The translations under genes were made by a program, and so were the position numbers. Shown here piece after piece: positions 1-13,900 of a stretch of DNA of 64,000 nucleotides. The notes under the pieces are model-generated. The model was not told where the DNA came from and did no database searches. It saw nothing but the letters and a program-made list of their open reading frames with translations. Location: NCBI GenBank assembly GCA_030141605.1, contig JAQGDQ010000039.1, positions 746,441-810,440 on the forward strand. Direction: 5' to 3'. The stretch comes from Tubiluchus corallicola (taxonomy: Eukaryota; Animalia; Priapulida). Position 1 is the stretch's first letter. Every line of letters begins with the position of its first letter.

Positions 1-631
1 TTTACTAAAGACTTGTCTTTGACATTGTCAATGATAACTATTCGTTCTGGGTCATACCGAGCTTGCATAGAGACTTTACGTTTAGGTTGCATAGATTTGG
101 AAAGACCTATACTTTGAGAGGAAGTAGATTTCACAATTTTGCTATATGACATATTAGATCTATTTGTGTTCTTAGCTAGGTCTGTTACTTTTTGGTCGAT
201 TTTTGCAGCATCTCTGTCATATTCGTTATGGTCTTTGTGGCAGTATTACAATTTGTTTCTCCACGTAACAGCTTTACTGCACTTAAAAGTAGTCCAACCG
301 TATTTTCCTTCTGTATTAGCTGTATTGCTTCAGCTTTTAGTTCCGTCAAAGAATTGGTGTCTAGTTCTTTGTCTAATGAAGAATGTTGGAAGTTCTGATC
401 TTCCTCATTTGTATGCTCATTTGCGTATATCGCGCCATCGTCTGTAGTCGAAATATTCTGAAGGTCTAAATTTGACACGTGTTGCGCCAAGTGCTTAGTA
501 TAACATTTATCGCACGTGACTGCAATTATTTTCCTTAATTTAATATACGTGTCTATTTTTTTACACAGCTCGCAGCTTTTCCTGTTTACTTGTTGGCTAT
601 TCAACTGTCTGTCTTTCCACATAAAGCTCAT
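1..631 (-). mobile_element. Probable non-LTR retrotransposon ORF1 (gag-like) remnant, frameshifted, running off the left edge
   Basis: The ORF at 185-631 has CxxC...CxxC followed by a coiled-coil-like segment. After a frameshift near 190 another frame continues KVTDLAKNTNRSNMSYSKIVK...RYDPERIVIIDNV to position 1, resembling the SYAxxV motif and RRM-like start of LINE ORF1 proteins. No introns are apparent. Confidence 0.5.
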
Positions 632-3046
632 AATAGCCTGCAGGACTTGTTCAATACTTAGACTGGATATCCAACAATAGAGTAATTAGGCCTTAATGGC
701 CATTTAGCTGTAGGGTTCAAACTGCTTCTCCAGCACAGTTTTAGTCCTTGTACTTGATATATAAATATCGACATGAGGCGCCTTACTGCGATATAAATTT
801 GACCATTAATTTCAATCGCCATAAGGCATTTTTGGTCATCACCAATGGAGTAATTAGCACGTTTGTGGTTTTTACAATTCATTTTATAATAGAATGATCT
901 CTTAAACACGAAAAAGCAATTTTTAAATGCGACATTTCACTGATGCTACAACTAGATATATGCATTGCCTAAGCAGATTATGGCAAAACACCTTATTATT
1001 TGCACAGAGTAAGGAGCATATCGCGGATTATGATATACACCTTATGGAAGACCTTTCCTGGCTTATAGAATATTGGATTGCTGCTTAACACCTTTTTCTG
1101 TGTGACACTGGCCTAACTATCATGTTCCAAGCTTAGCTACTTGGACACAAGCCTCTTGTAAATGTAACCTGAAAACTGTTACCACGAGAGTAGAAATTTA
1201 AGTTATATATATATTAAATGTCTTTGAAAACTACACTAATGTTATTTTTTGTAGTTAAAGATGGCGGGAGTTTACATTCAGTGAACTGTGTCTCTTGCAT
1301 GGGGTCAACGTTGCCACCCACATTGTGATATGTGTCGTCGCTGTTGTAATTACATTCATGTACAAAACGCTATTAAAGATAAATTTATTTAAAGATTTTG
1401 TCAAGTTTAATTGTTAATGTTTGTGCAAATCTTTACCATTTACCGTTAACTACATGTAATAAAATGTTTGTCTATAAGACTGTTAAATCAGCAAACCAGC
1501 TGTGGCATTAGTAGTACAACTAGTTACTAGTTTAAATGTACGTGATATTTTTAATGCGGAATTATTGAGATATTTGTTGGGTCGCAATCAGATTTGCACA
1601 TATGGATGTAAACATAGGCTCCAACGAACTTTTTCAAACTTACTCGTAGTAATACTACTAATTATTAAACTGCTATAGCACTTTCCTGTGTTTATTTTCC
1701 CACTTTTGAGAATCATAGTTGTTATACTTGAAACTGTTTATCTCTTGTACTTGTTTGACAATTTCTGTCATGGAGACACAGACATTGTAGTTTTAATAAT
1801 TGTTCTGCAAGAAAATAATGTGATTCAATCAGTTTATTGTCATGCTCTAATTCACACAAATTCGAAATATGATAATCTGTATCGGAAACATATATAAGTA
1901 TTTTGTACAGAAAACCACGTGTATTTATGCGTATTTCAGCTTTAATTTTACTATAATGCTGGCTTGATATTGTTGTTTATTTATTCGCAAATTTCCAATA
2001 AGTTGTGCACTCCACCAATTAGCTGTAAATATGTGAATACAAATGTGTTTAAATTTGGTGTTCGGAAAAAGATCTGTGCTATTGCTTGTTTTTTGTATAT
2101 TTTATTTGTCATGTTCTACAAGAGATGATTCAATTTAAAATAATTATAAGATCACAACTGAATAATAACAACACATACACTGCAAGAATAGGAAATTTAT
2201 AAATTTTAATATATTCTATAAAATACAACATGATTTTTCAAATTCAAACCGGACGTGAACAAAAACAAAACACATATTTACAAATCCAACTTCATGAGAT
2301 GATATTGATTACACATGTTACATTTTGCCTAGAGAAACAAATTACATTATCTCACTGGCAAACTTGATTTTTTTCAGAATTGCTGATGTGCACACTACTG
2401 TTCTCATGGCAAATTTTCTGGCCTGTTAATATATATTGTACATTACTTGCCAAGAATGTTATTTTTTTTAATGCAAGTTTTCAAACATGTACACGTCCTT
2501 GCCATAGGAGTTTTTTTGAAATGTGCTTTAAAACTTGCTAATGACACCTGGTTGCAGTGTTACATGAATGTTCGTTTCTGGTGCAAGTAAAACACAAAAA
2601 TTCATAAATGTACTTTAATTGTTTCAGAAATCAATATTGTTCTCTACTAAATTTAAACTTCAAAAGTCGTAATCAAAATTCGGGCAGAATGAAGTTCACC
2701 AGACAATTATGCGTGAACAAAACTAAGCAAAATGAATAGATTTTCAGTTAGCTACTGTGTATGGAAGAAAAAACTTGTTAAATACAGCAAAAGCCTTGTA
2801 AAGTCAAACTAAAAAATCTAAATATTTCACAATGCAATTTGTACAAGACACTGAGTGTACAGTCATTCCTGGTGTAAATGCCCACTAGCATTATATCTTA
2901 TTCAGATTTCTGTAATGCATCAAATATAGGTGATACCACTATAAATGTACTTGTTAAAAATCGACCTTGTGATGTCATCTACTCAATCATGTCAATACTC
3001 AGTAAAACAGTACTGTAATTATGGTATGCTTTCAAGATAATGACCA

Positions 3047-3435
3047 CAGTGGCATAGCTGTAGAGGAGGGCGAAGATGGCAGGCAGCACTTTCATCGAGT
3101 GCACTGAAACTTGATTCTTTCGGAACAGTAAAATGGCAAAACACCTGGCAATTTAATTTTACAAGAAAATGTTGCTTACAGTAGCTCCTGTTGATTGAGG
3201 CAAAGGAAGATGATTAGTAATTTCACATTGTTGGAATTTTGTATTCAAAGTTTCTGCACAGTACATACACGTTTTGAATTAACTGCTAAGTACATTTATA
3301 ATAGCACTCTTTCCAGCTTTAACATTTGAAAAAGTCTTCTACAAATCTAGAATCTTCCTGCATAAGAATTTTCATCGGGATGGGGAGTCAAACCATGTGA
3401 CAGTCCAGGTGCCACAAGCTCTAGCTACGCCATTG
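3047..3435. mobile_element. hAT-type MITE
   Basis: TIRs CAGTGGCATAGCT / AGCTACGCCATTG; perfect 8-bp TSD AATGACCA (3039-3046, 3436-3443). Confidence 0.85.
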
Positions 3436-4980
3436 AATGACCATTAAAAATACAAAAACGATCACTGTGTGTTTAATCTTAAAGACTTGATGCTGTCAAC
3501 TCCATTCTGCTCGTACACGGCAATTAAGGAAAAAATAACCAAACTGGATAATGAGCCACAAGAAACAATGAATGTGACAACTGAGCCCATGCGAGTTTTA
3601 AATAATATGGTGCCTCCATAATTCAACATGGCACCTGTGCATGATTTTACACAAATTGTTTACTTACTTAGTGAGAAAGTAATAGTAGGTTGAGGTTAAT
3701 GCAATGGCATTCTCTTCTTGAGCACAATTTGCCTCGAGGTCATTGTAATGTCGGCAGTGGCTGCAGCAGATAGCCTTACATTGAGATTTGTTTAAAACTG
3801 CACTATTTGTTGAATATTGAATGATATTACAAAACGCACCTTAATGCAATGATAACATGTAAAAACACTCTTAAATGAGGGTTATTTACACAAGTTATTT
3901 GCATATTGTTTGGTGAATGTTGCCTTACTAACAATCTCAAAATATTCAGATGTCTTAAGCCGGTCATTATAACAAGGTCTGCCTGTACATGGAATTGTAA
4001 AAACTACTAGTACTTAAACCAGCATCTTGGGGCAAAATTGCTGCCAACATTTTTCAATTGGTCCTGAAAAACATCTTATGGTTGCTTGATCATTGTATTC
4101 TTACAATATGTATGTTAGCAAGGTGTTAGGCTCTCTAAAACTTAAACTCTGTGCTGTCTACAGTGCTGCACTTTTGCCTACATATTTATTAATGCTGCAC
4201 TTATCTCCCCTGCACGAATTCCTCACAGCACCAACATTTTAGTGGAAATAATATTGTCAAGTAACGTTAATGAACATTTAACATTGAACAAAGTATCACA
4301 TTTTCTAGTCAAAATTCCAACTTAAAAGGTTCTGAGAGCTTAACACATTCGCAGCATATTATGTTCTGTAACAATACAGTGATTTCACAGTAGAAATTGA
4401 AAAATGTTGGCAGTGACTTTGTCCTTAGACTTGGGATTATTGCTATGTTTGTAAAAATGTATACTGTTAGCTTACTAGCCAAGTTGGAAAATTTTACTAC
4501 TTCAGCAAGTACTCCTGTAAAGGTAAATGAACTAATCGTACTTTAGTATACCTTGAATCTTGTTTTAGGATGACAAAAAATGTTTAACTTTATCAAGTTT
4601 CCAAAAACAGGCTCAACATATTGGAAGCACTGTATACATTTCTGTAGGCAAGTAAGTATCCCTGCAAATGTTTTTGCATAAATAAGCTTAACGTAATGCA
4701 ACTGTTAACTTGGCATTTTGCCAAATACAATCACCTTACAATTTCCTTACTTTCAATCAGTGTAAAACAAAAGCTACTACACCTGCGGTGCTGGAAAAAC
4801 AATATTGTACGATGCAAAAGCTAAGCTCTACATCAACCAAAACTCTATAATCACTTCTACGTAAAAAATGTCAGGACGTTTACTTGTAACATAACGGAAA
4901 ACACACCGGTTTGAACTTAGCACAAAACTCACGCAAGAGGTACTAAAGTTGTTAATTACTTCTATGCACTAACTGTAAGG

Positions 4981-7900
4981 TCAGCTCATCATATCACTAC
5001 TAGCAATACTACTTGCTGTAGATACCCCTGCTGCTGCTGCTGTACCTTTAAGCAAGTCATTCACGTCTCGACGAAATGCTGAAAGATTCTGGGTAAACCT
5101 GTGCGAGAAACAAATACATTAAATGAAAGAAAAACTAAATTGGTAACAAAAAAACATATTTGCCTATCTAAAAAGGAATATGCATTCCATAGTTTTTACA
5201 ATATGTGAGTATAAAAACCAACATTATTACAGCACTTTTCTACAAGCCAGTTAGTATGTAAAAAGTTGCAAAATGGAAGCCTTATAACATGACATAAGTG
5301 CAAAAAAGAGTGACCAATCACTTTAGTGAAAATGTAACATTCATTCTACAGCAATGTTTGCTATAACAATAATTTATTGTACTCTTACTGAGTGCTGTGA
5401 GATTGGTAAAGGTGCAAAACAATGAGTACAATTACTCTTTGGTGCCTAACATAATTTAAGGGGACGTCACACCTGCTACTTTTGCAAAATTGATGATTCT
5501 TTTTTAGAAAATTATTCACAAATGGAATAAGCAGCAGCTTATGTTCTTAAGAAAAGAATTACAAAAGCCTGACAATGTCGCACAAATTAAGTAGAAGCAT
5601 CAAACCTGTCTCTGTTTTTCGTCAAGAGAGACCGCTCGACGCCGTCCATAAGATTATCAAAACATAAGGCCATACCAGCTTGTTTCTCGGTCGGCTGACT
5701 TCGCACCATATTTTGTCTTAGTTCATTAAAATACTGAAAACAATAACCACAAATGTATGAATTTATTTTTTGCATTAGACAGATCTATTAATACTGAAAC
5801 TGTTTATTTAATTTGGTTTACTTAACCAAGTTGTTTAACAAAATACTTCTATCAAAGCATAATTTATTTTTATTTCAACCTCCAATAAGTAGTAAAAAGG
5901 CAAGTGTAAAGAGTTAAACTCCAAAAAAACAAGTGCCGAAGCACAACAATATGATGTTAATTTCCTCTGCTATCTCCACGGTTTCCTGTCCAGATATTAT
6001 ATTTTATTCAACTAGAAACAAAACACCATGCACAAGGTGTCTTTGCACGATCTCAGAATAATAATTTACTTGTTTATGTTACTAAAGTTTTCACGGACTA
6101 CACTACCTGTCTAGTCAGTTCTTACAGCAGCTGGTATTGTGCTCATTATCAGTAAAGAACAGATTTTTTGGTCACCGTTTAGAGTTATCATTAACAGCCA
6201 AATTTTTCTCTGTTCACACATTGAGACAAAATGAGATGCATTTTGCTCATGTTTATTGAAGTGAGACTAAATTATTTTCACCATGTTTCAAAAAAATCTT
6301 TTCTATGACCAAGCTAATTAAAGTAAAGTACTTTGACTTTAAAGTGAAGTAAAGAAAATTCTTTGCACATTGCCAAATAAAATACAGCATAAATACACCT
6401 GATTGAAATTTTATGTAAACTGCCCGTGTTTGTTGTTGTGTTCGTGCTCGTGCGTGTTTTAAGTGTGTAAGTTGTACTGTTTTAAGTGTGTGCGTGCGTG
6501 TGTGTGTGTGTCCATCCATGGGTGTATGAATGGGGGGAAATTTACCCACTTACAACAACTGTTATTAAGACCCAGGACTAGATCCAAATAACAGCAAATT
6601 TGTTAATAAATTTTAAAAAAAGAACTAGTAACTTTGCAAGAATCCAGCAAAACAGAGAAAGTTAACCAAACACCTTCTTTACATTTACTGCCAACCAGAT
6701 ATAAAATGAAAATATGAACTATATAGGAAAGAAAAGAAACTGTATACCTCTTCATTGAGAAGAATGAGGCCTAGCAAAGGTCTTGACATCGACCACTGAT
6801 TCCGACAGTCTTCAAACATTATGATATTCAATACTGTAGATAATATCTGCAACAACACATTATCATCTTACTTGTTTCACTTTAACTTTCATATAGGATT
6901 TACACGGGTAGCAAATATTAGACTCGGGTACGCTTTTCCTTATACCTGTCGGGTACCCATGTACCGACTATTAAGATTCAGTAGCAGGGAAGAAATTGAA
7001 ATATCTTTTATTTGTACATAAAAATAACTGGTGCACTTCATCTAACTGTAGTTTTATCTTGACATGACCTATGAGTCACGAAAGTTAAATGTTTCACCAT
7101 GTACAGCATTTGAATGAGTTTTTGCATTTACCTGTCTGCCAGACTTCTTAATTACACTGTACTTGCAAGTATATTGCATGCTTTACATCAATGCGTCAGC
7201 TATACCTGCCTAGCTTCCACATTAAGAGGAAATTATAATTATCTATATTGTCATTTTTGTGTCGTTAAACTTAAAAATTGACTATTCACATCTTTATATT
7301 AGTGGCCTAAGATAGTTTTTTAAATGTTAATAAACCATTTTCTCTAGATAGTTAACTTCTTGGTAAAGAAATCATAGTTGTTTTAAGTGCGTCACTCTTA
7401 CGGTAAAAGTAGTTTAATCTGGTATGTGTTTGCAACTGTTAGAGATATTTCCAAATGTTGCTGTTTTTTTGCTGAAGTGATTCTAATTACTTGAGCTAGC
7501 AGAGCTGCTGACAATTCGTCTTGTTACAAATGCACTGTCGGCCTGACGTGCTGCCACCGCAGCAATTAATAGTCTGCTAGTAGACTACTTTACCTATTTT
7601 AGAAGTGCTCAGCAGGTGGCATTTAAATTTTGAATTCGATAGATATCAAAATAGATATCATATTAACATTAATGTGTGCATTTTCATTGTTAGAACTGGG
7701 TAGAATTATCAGGCTCGGGTACCCGATGAAAACACTACTTTCTTTACAGCACTACCAACATGACTTACATTAACATCACACTCACTAATACAAATTTCAC
7801 AGGTCAGGTGCAGGAAGTGTAACATGAAAACAGTTTTACACTTTCAGTCAGTATAAAGTCCAGAGGCAATTAAAAGCAAAACATGTAAGGTATTCTACAG

Positions 7901-10900
7901 TAGCAGTATGTACAAAGTGTGTAAACAAGCTGGTAAAAAACATGTAAATAAATTATGGAAACATTTCGTCAACCAGTAAAGGTACCTGTTGAAATAAATC
8001 TGGTTGCATCTTTAAAATTTGTAAGATGTTCTCCCCCTCTGGTGGCTGATTAGCTCTCTTTTTTGTTCCACGTGACAGTCGTCGGAAGAGATATGTACCA
8101 ATGTGATCTAGGGTTGCACAGCATCCGGTGCAAACCATCGTATCTACATTGTACCATTGAAGAAAATGAATTAAATCACTGAGGCAACAATCACGGACGT
8201 CGTAAAAGCTAATTTAATAAAAGAATCAAAAATAAGTGACCACTCTATTGTTGTAGAGGTACTGTGAATTTTTTATTCATGTCATACGATGCTATTTCCT
8301 TTAAACTGCAATTGCCTAATAATCTTCACTGTGACAGACTGCATGTTTTTTATCTCTTTTAACATTGTGGTAAAAAGCACTAAGATCTTCAGATGGAGTG
8401 CATTTTTAAGAATAAACTATTATTACTATTTTATTTCAGTAGCTTTTTCCTCTACCATAAACGATGATCTCTGTTTTGAACACATAAAGCATCATGACAG
8501 GTTAGTAACTCATCACTAAAATCTGAAAATTTAGCTCTGATAATTCTGTATAAAGTCAATCAAATGGTTCACTTTGCTATGGATTCCCTCGTGTTTTTGC
8601 AGAAGAAAATAATTTCATAAATTGGGCTTTTCCAAGTGCAACCATTAGCAAGAATCTACGGTTCAAATAGTTAATGTCTGTCAACATTTGTTATCCTTTG
8701 ACAGTGACTGAAAATTGCTAACACTTGCTACACTCACTACAATTCCAATGGACTTGAATACGAGACTATGCAATGAACAAGCACAGTTGCTCTTTGAATG
8801 CATGTTATTATGCTATTAATTAAAATTTTGCAGTTAATTTTCAAATCAACTGTACTTACCGAGTGCAGTCAGGCCTTCAGATATGGATGAAAGAATGTAC
8901 AAAAACACTTGTGGTTCTAGAGTACTGATAAAATTCATATGATCCTGTGACAATGCTTCCAACAGAAAGTAATATGTTTGACTCAGCTTTGGATAATCCT
9001 GTAATAAGACAATACGCCTTTTCACAGTTCTAGCAATTGATGACGTTTGAGAAAGGTTAAGTGAACTTAGCAATGTTATCAGAACCAAACAATGGATTTC
9101 TTTACACTTGACAATGCGTCGAGGCTCATGCTGTTACAATAATAACAGTTCCTGGCATTAATTTTTGCTTCATTATAATTTAATTTCATGTGAGTTGCTA
9201 TATCTGTTTTGCTAGCTGTTTTCGGAAAAGAATGACATGTTAGTTTAAAATTATACACGTGTAATATTATAATAAAAATCGCAACGTGCTTCACCTACAC
9301 ATAGTTTCGTGCATAAGATCACATGACCGTTTAGTTATGTAGGATGCGCAGGAGTTAACCTTTGACTTACAGCGACTGCGCATGTGCATAGTGAAAATGT
9401 GAAACGGCTTGTTATAAACTAAGTGCAAAAGCTCTGCTAATCAAGATTTCTAATTACCACATAAAACAACACCACACTGGTAATGCAGACTGTCACTCCA
9501 TATAAAACTTTGGCAGGAAAGCATTAACTTATTATAAAACATGGCCAATGGGAATTCTCCTATTAGAAATCACAGCCTATGAGAATTTTTGCACTATATT
9601 CTTCCAAAAACAAGCTTTTGTTCACCTTCAAGCTTCTTCAAAATTTGAAACAATTTTTTTCTTTTGCATATTTAGACAATGCCGCCATGTCTACATGCCT
9701 TAAAGCAAATGTGACACTTTAGCGTTATTTACTTGTTCATGTCGGGGCTCCATGTGCAAATACTATAGCAATCTTTTTATTATAAAATAAAACTTTTATG
9801 CATTTCAAATTTAAAAACTAAAATTAAGTAAAAAACAAATAAAAACAAACTTTTTAAAGTCGATAAAAACTTTAAAATTGACAATGCAATCATACCAGCA
9901 GATCACTTTGTGGAATGCTTAGCAGCAATTTGACAAAGATTCCCAGGGCATCCTCTAGTGCAGTATCTCCATACAGACGAAACACGCCAAAGTTCACGTA
10001 GCCTCCACACAGAGCAGCTTTCAGCATGGAGAAGCAAATAGATATGCCTTTCAATTTCAGACGATAGATTTGGTCTTTGGGAAGATCGCCTAGTGTTAAT
10101 ATGCGAGTACCTAAACATACATGAGAATGATTTAATGGCCACAATAAAATTGGTAAAACAGTTAATTCATGTAATTAGAATGGTATTTGAGCAGATTATT
10201 TTACGACTGCTTTATTTCATACAACTTTGCAAAACGTGCATGATACTGAAAACATAACCCATTTAAATTACATTAATGCCATTATATTCTACTGCTAAGC
10301 GTAAAATGTTGAAACTGTGGGATAGTGCATCATGTAGAAGGTTATATATATATATACTAAGGTGAAAATCTGTCTGTCTATTCTTTATGCATGCCCGCAT
10401 GCTGGAGTGTACTCCAAATATTAGAAGCAACACGCCCCAGGAAAGTTCTAGTGAATAAGTCACTGCATCGTTAATATGAAGGCCAAAATATCTAGCAAAA
10501 CAAAATATTTTAGAAGATTCTATTATATATAGTCGTCCAACATGTCTATTCAGAGATTTTGGGTCCAGAGTTCGAATATCGACATTGTGTTAGGCGAGCT
10601 TAAGTAGCAACCCGAAATTCAGCTAGTCCTTGATAATAAGAAAAGTTCTAGTTCCACCATAAGCATCAACACTGCATAGGCCTTGCTACTGAGTGCTGGA
10701 TTCCTGTCCTGTCACAAGTACTCACACTGAGGAGGCCCTGCCTTTGAGTGCTGGATTTCGGCATGGAAAGAGTTAGACTATACAGAAAAAGAATTATTTT
10801 TCTCACACAAAAAAGATATATTTAACGAGTTTACCGTAATTAACGATGACTTTACTGAGCTCTCGAAACAAGAGGATCCCATTCGGCGAGGAAACATCAA

Positions 10901-13900
10901 ATGCCAGTCGTTGAGAGCGATTCTGAGCTAACTCGGCAAACAGTTTCAGAATAGGTGTGGTTAAATCAGGATCATGATACCACAGTTCAACGGCACGTAA
11001 GAGTATTGGAGTGTAGGCAGGATATCTAAGAGAAATCAGCTAAGGAGCTTTAAACGATGTGACAAAGTCATGAAATTTAAAAACCTGCAGACCAAGGTTA
11101 TTTTCTGCTCAATGCTTTTGAAAACTATAGCTCATTATCACTATGTGTATCTTATTTTAATGTCATCATATATTTACACTTTACATATAGTTTTACCTGT
11201 AATTTTTATTATTATAGTTCTACTCGCAGCTGATGAAGTCCATGAAGGACGAAAACTTCTGTGAAAAATAAAATGAGACTTAATGGGCACTTTTGTCTTT
11301 TTTACAATCATGACTACAGCTCACTCAGTTTGATGAGAGAGTTAACAATATTACAATTTACAATAAGCAGCAAACCCCTTCAAAATAAAAGCTGTTATGC
11401 TAATGTGGGGGTAAATACATGACAACATTGTGCAATAGTGCTTTAGGACTGCATGGTTGTACCTTACTCTTGCATGCCATTTTTGCTTTTTTGGTCTTGC
11501 AAATGTAATGTAATCTCCAGTCTGTTGCATGTAGAAAAAAGTTCTTTATTATTTTTCAGAATTTCCCTAACATGTAACATTTATTACAAGTTACATAAGT
11601 ACGGGACATGGCCTGCTGACTAAGACTTTCTCAAAACAAAGTATGACCTGCACAAAGTGTATTAGAACGATAACATTATCAGTTTTCAATGAGAATCCAG
11701 TTTACTGGACAAAAGAACTGCACAGAGGTAGAAAAAAGGAGCACAGAGGTGTTTAATGAGCTGAGTCAGATGACACATCAGACTACTGCGGAACAAGGAA
11801 TTTTATAAGTAAAACATGTTCACAACACGTTTTGTCAGTAAAGGATACAACCAATCAAAAAGCATCATGTAGCTACTCTTTGAATTGAAAGCAAATGCTA
11901 TTCCTCTTAAATCCCGAGCTAGTCCGACTATAGAGCGCTGCAATACAAATATCAATCTCATATTATGAGCATTAACAACATTTAATTTGAATAAATACTA
12001 ATAAAAACTGATATCAATCACACATTCGATAATCAAATGCCCCTGCAACTCAATTACTGATATTTCTGTAGTTGTATTATTCACAAGGCAAGGTCACTGG
12101 TGAGTAGTTTCCAACTTTTGAAGCCTAAAGATGTTATTTGTCCTGTAGCAAAGGATTAGGCTTTAGCAGTGTTAGGTCCTGTCCGTGCACTGATAAAAAT
12201 GAACATTCATCAATGTTCTCTGTATGTTCAGCTTCTAAGCTACATAATTATTAAGAATGTAGATGTTCACTGCTTACTGTTCAATGTCTACAATAGATGG
12301 ATCTTATAATAAGTGAGGAGAAAAAAGCTTATTTATTTTACCTTTGCTTCTTCCGCATTGAAAAGAGGTGAATCGATGTTTGACATTAGCCTTCCAATTC
12401 TTTCAAAAGAAGCTGCAAAGCAAATATACATTACCACTCGTCGCAATTAAAAAGATGTATAATTACAAATCTGCGCAGACCCAGCAAGTGCTTTGTGACC
12501 ACAGTTAAGCAACACCAATCTTGGTCAGTACATCAATGGGTAGCTGTTTATTGGCAGTTTTATTTACAACAATTATTCGTATGGCTGTTTCCGCCAATGA
12601 AGGAATATATATATATATATATTCCTTCATTATATATATTATATATATATGAATCCAAATGTGGACAATACTTCTCTCATGTTTCATCCTTTGAAAATTA
12701 TCCTTGACAATTTGTTAGGTTCTAATCCTACTACAACTTTTTACACTCAAATATGTTCTGCCACTGAGTGCTGCATCCCAGCTTGCACAGTACTGAATTT
12801 TATAAAAAACTTAAAGTTCTATACAGCATAAACAAAAAAAAAACAACAGAATGATAAGCTATCACTGTTTTAGTCATGGTTACTGTAAGAATCAACAACA
12901 TTACAAAATATAGTTCTATACCATGGCTTTGGCTTTGGATTTTTGGGTTAAATTGTTTGTACAAAAAAGTTGAATAAACTTGTATAAAAAGTTTCTTATA
13001 TTAAAAGTATAAATGGTCACCATTTGTTGTCACCACTTCTTTGTACAGGTAACATAATCACAGAGAGAAAAAGTCACTACAATTTACTGTACGACACATA
13101 ACAAATTACTATACATATTTTTATTAATTATTGCATAATTTATTATAGAAGTAAATGCCACATTACTGATATATCACAACAATATGTACCACATTGAAAT
13201 CGAACACTAAGATTGTAACAGAAAACACCTAAAAATTATTATAATACTAGCTTGTAAACACTCGCTTTTTATAAACATATTTTTATTTATTTTTATTTGT
13301 TATTTTTCACGTGTATTGTGGATTTTGGTCAACAGCAAAGCTGATGTAAAGACCTTGGGCAAGAAACAAAAGAAATTTTACAAGATTCTGCTAGAAACAA
13401 TGCATAACAAAATGTTTCTGTGTGATCTAAGAAAATACAAGTTAGCTTGCTTACTTAAATCTACCAGTATTCTTCATAAATTTTTGAACTACTTCAAAAA
13501 TGTAATATTTTGTACATACCATGTCCAAAAGGACTACCATTTGAAAGAAGAAAAATTAAAGACTCACTGTCTAAACTGAACACATTAATTAGTATTATGT
13601 TATTTTGATACATGGAGGATAAACTGTGTACACTTTGTTCTCTACTTGCATTATTGTAAACACTTTAACTAGCAATGCACTTCCATTTTGTTGAATAGTA
13701 AATTAGCTGCAAAAAATCAAAATAATACAATGCTAGCATTGGTAAATTTCAGCCTTTTACAAATTTATGATGCTAGGAAACTCAGAGAATGTAATTCAGT
13801 AATCAATACAGTAATTTACAAAGCAAATTTTAATACATGCAGTATAAGACAATATGATAGGTAAACCACAAAATGGCTTTCTAAAACATCACACCTGTAA

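Noticed and set aside
1240-1455. Possible solo LTR or YY1-type promoter (TGT...AAGATGGCGG...ATTAAA...CA)
   Set aside because: I could not find a matching TSD or second LTR, and there is no associated gene start.
4975-4983. Stop-codon readthrough at the XPO7 TGA
   Set aside because: The context is TGA-CCT rather than TGA-CTAG, and an in-frame TAG follows within four codons.
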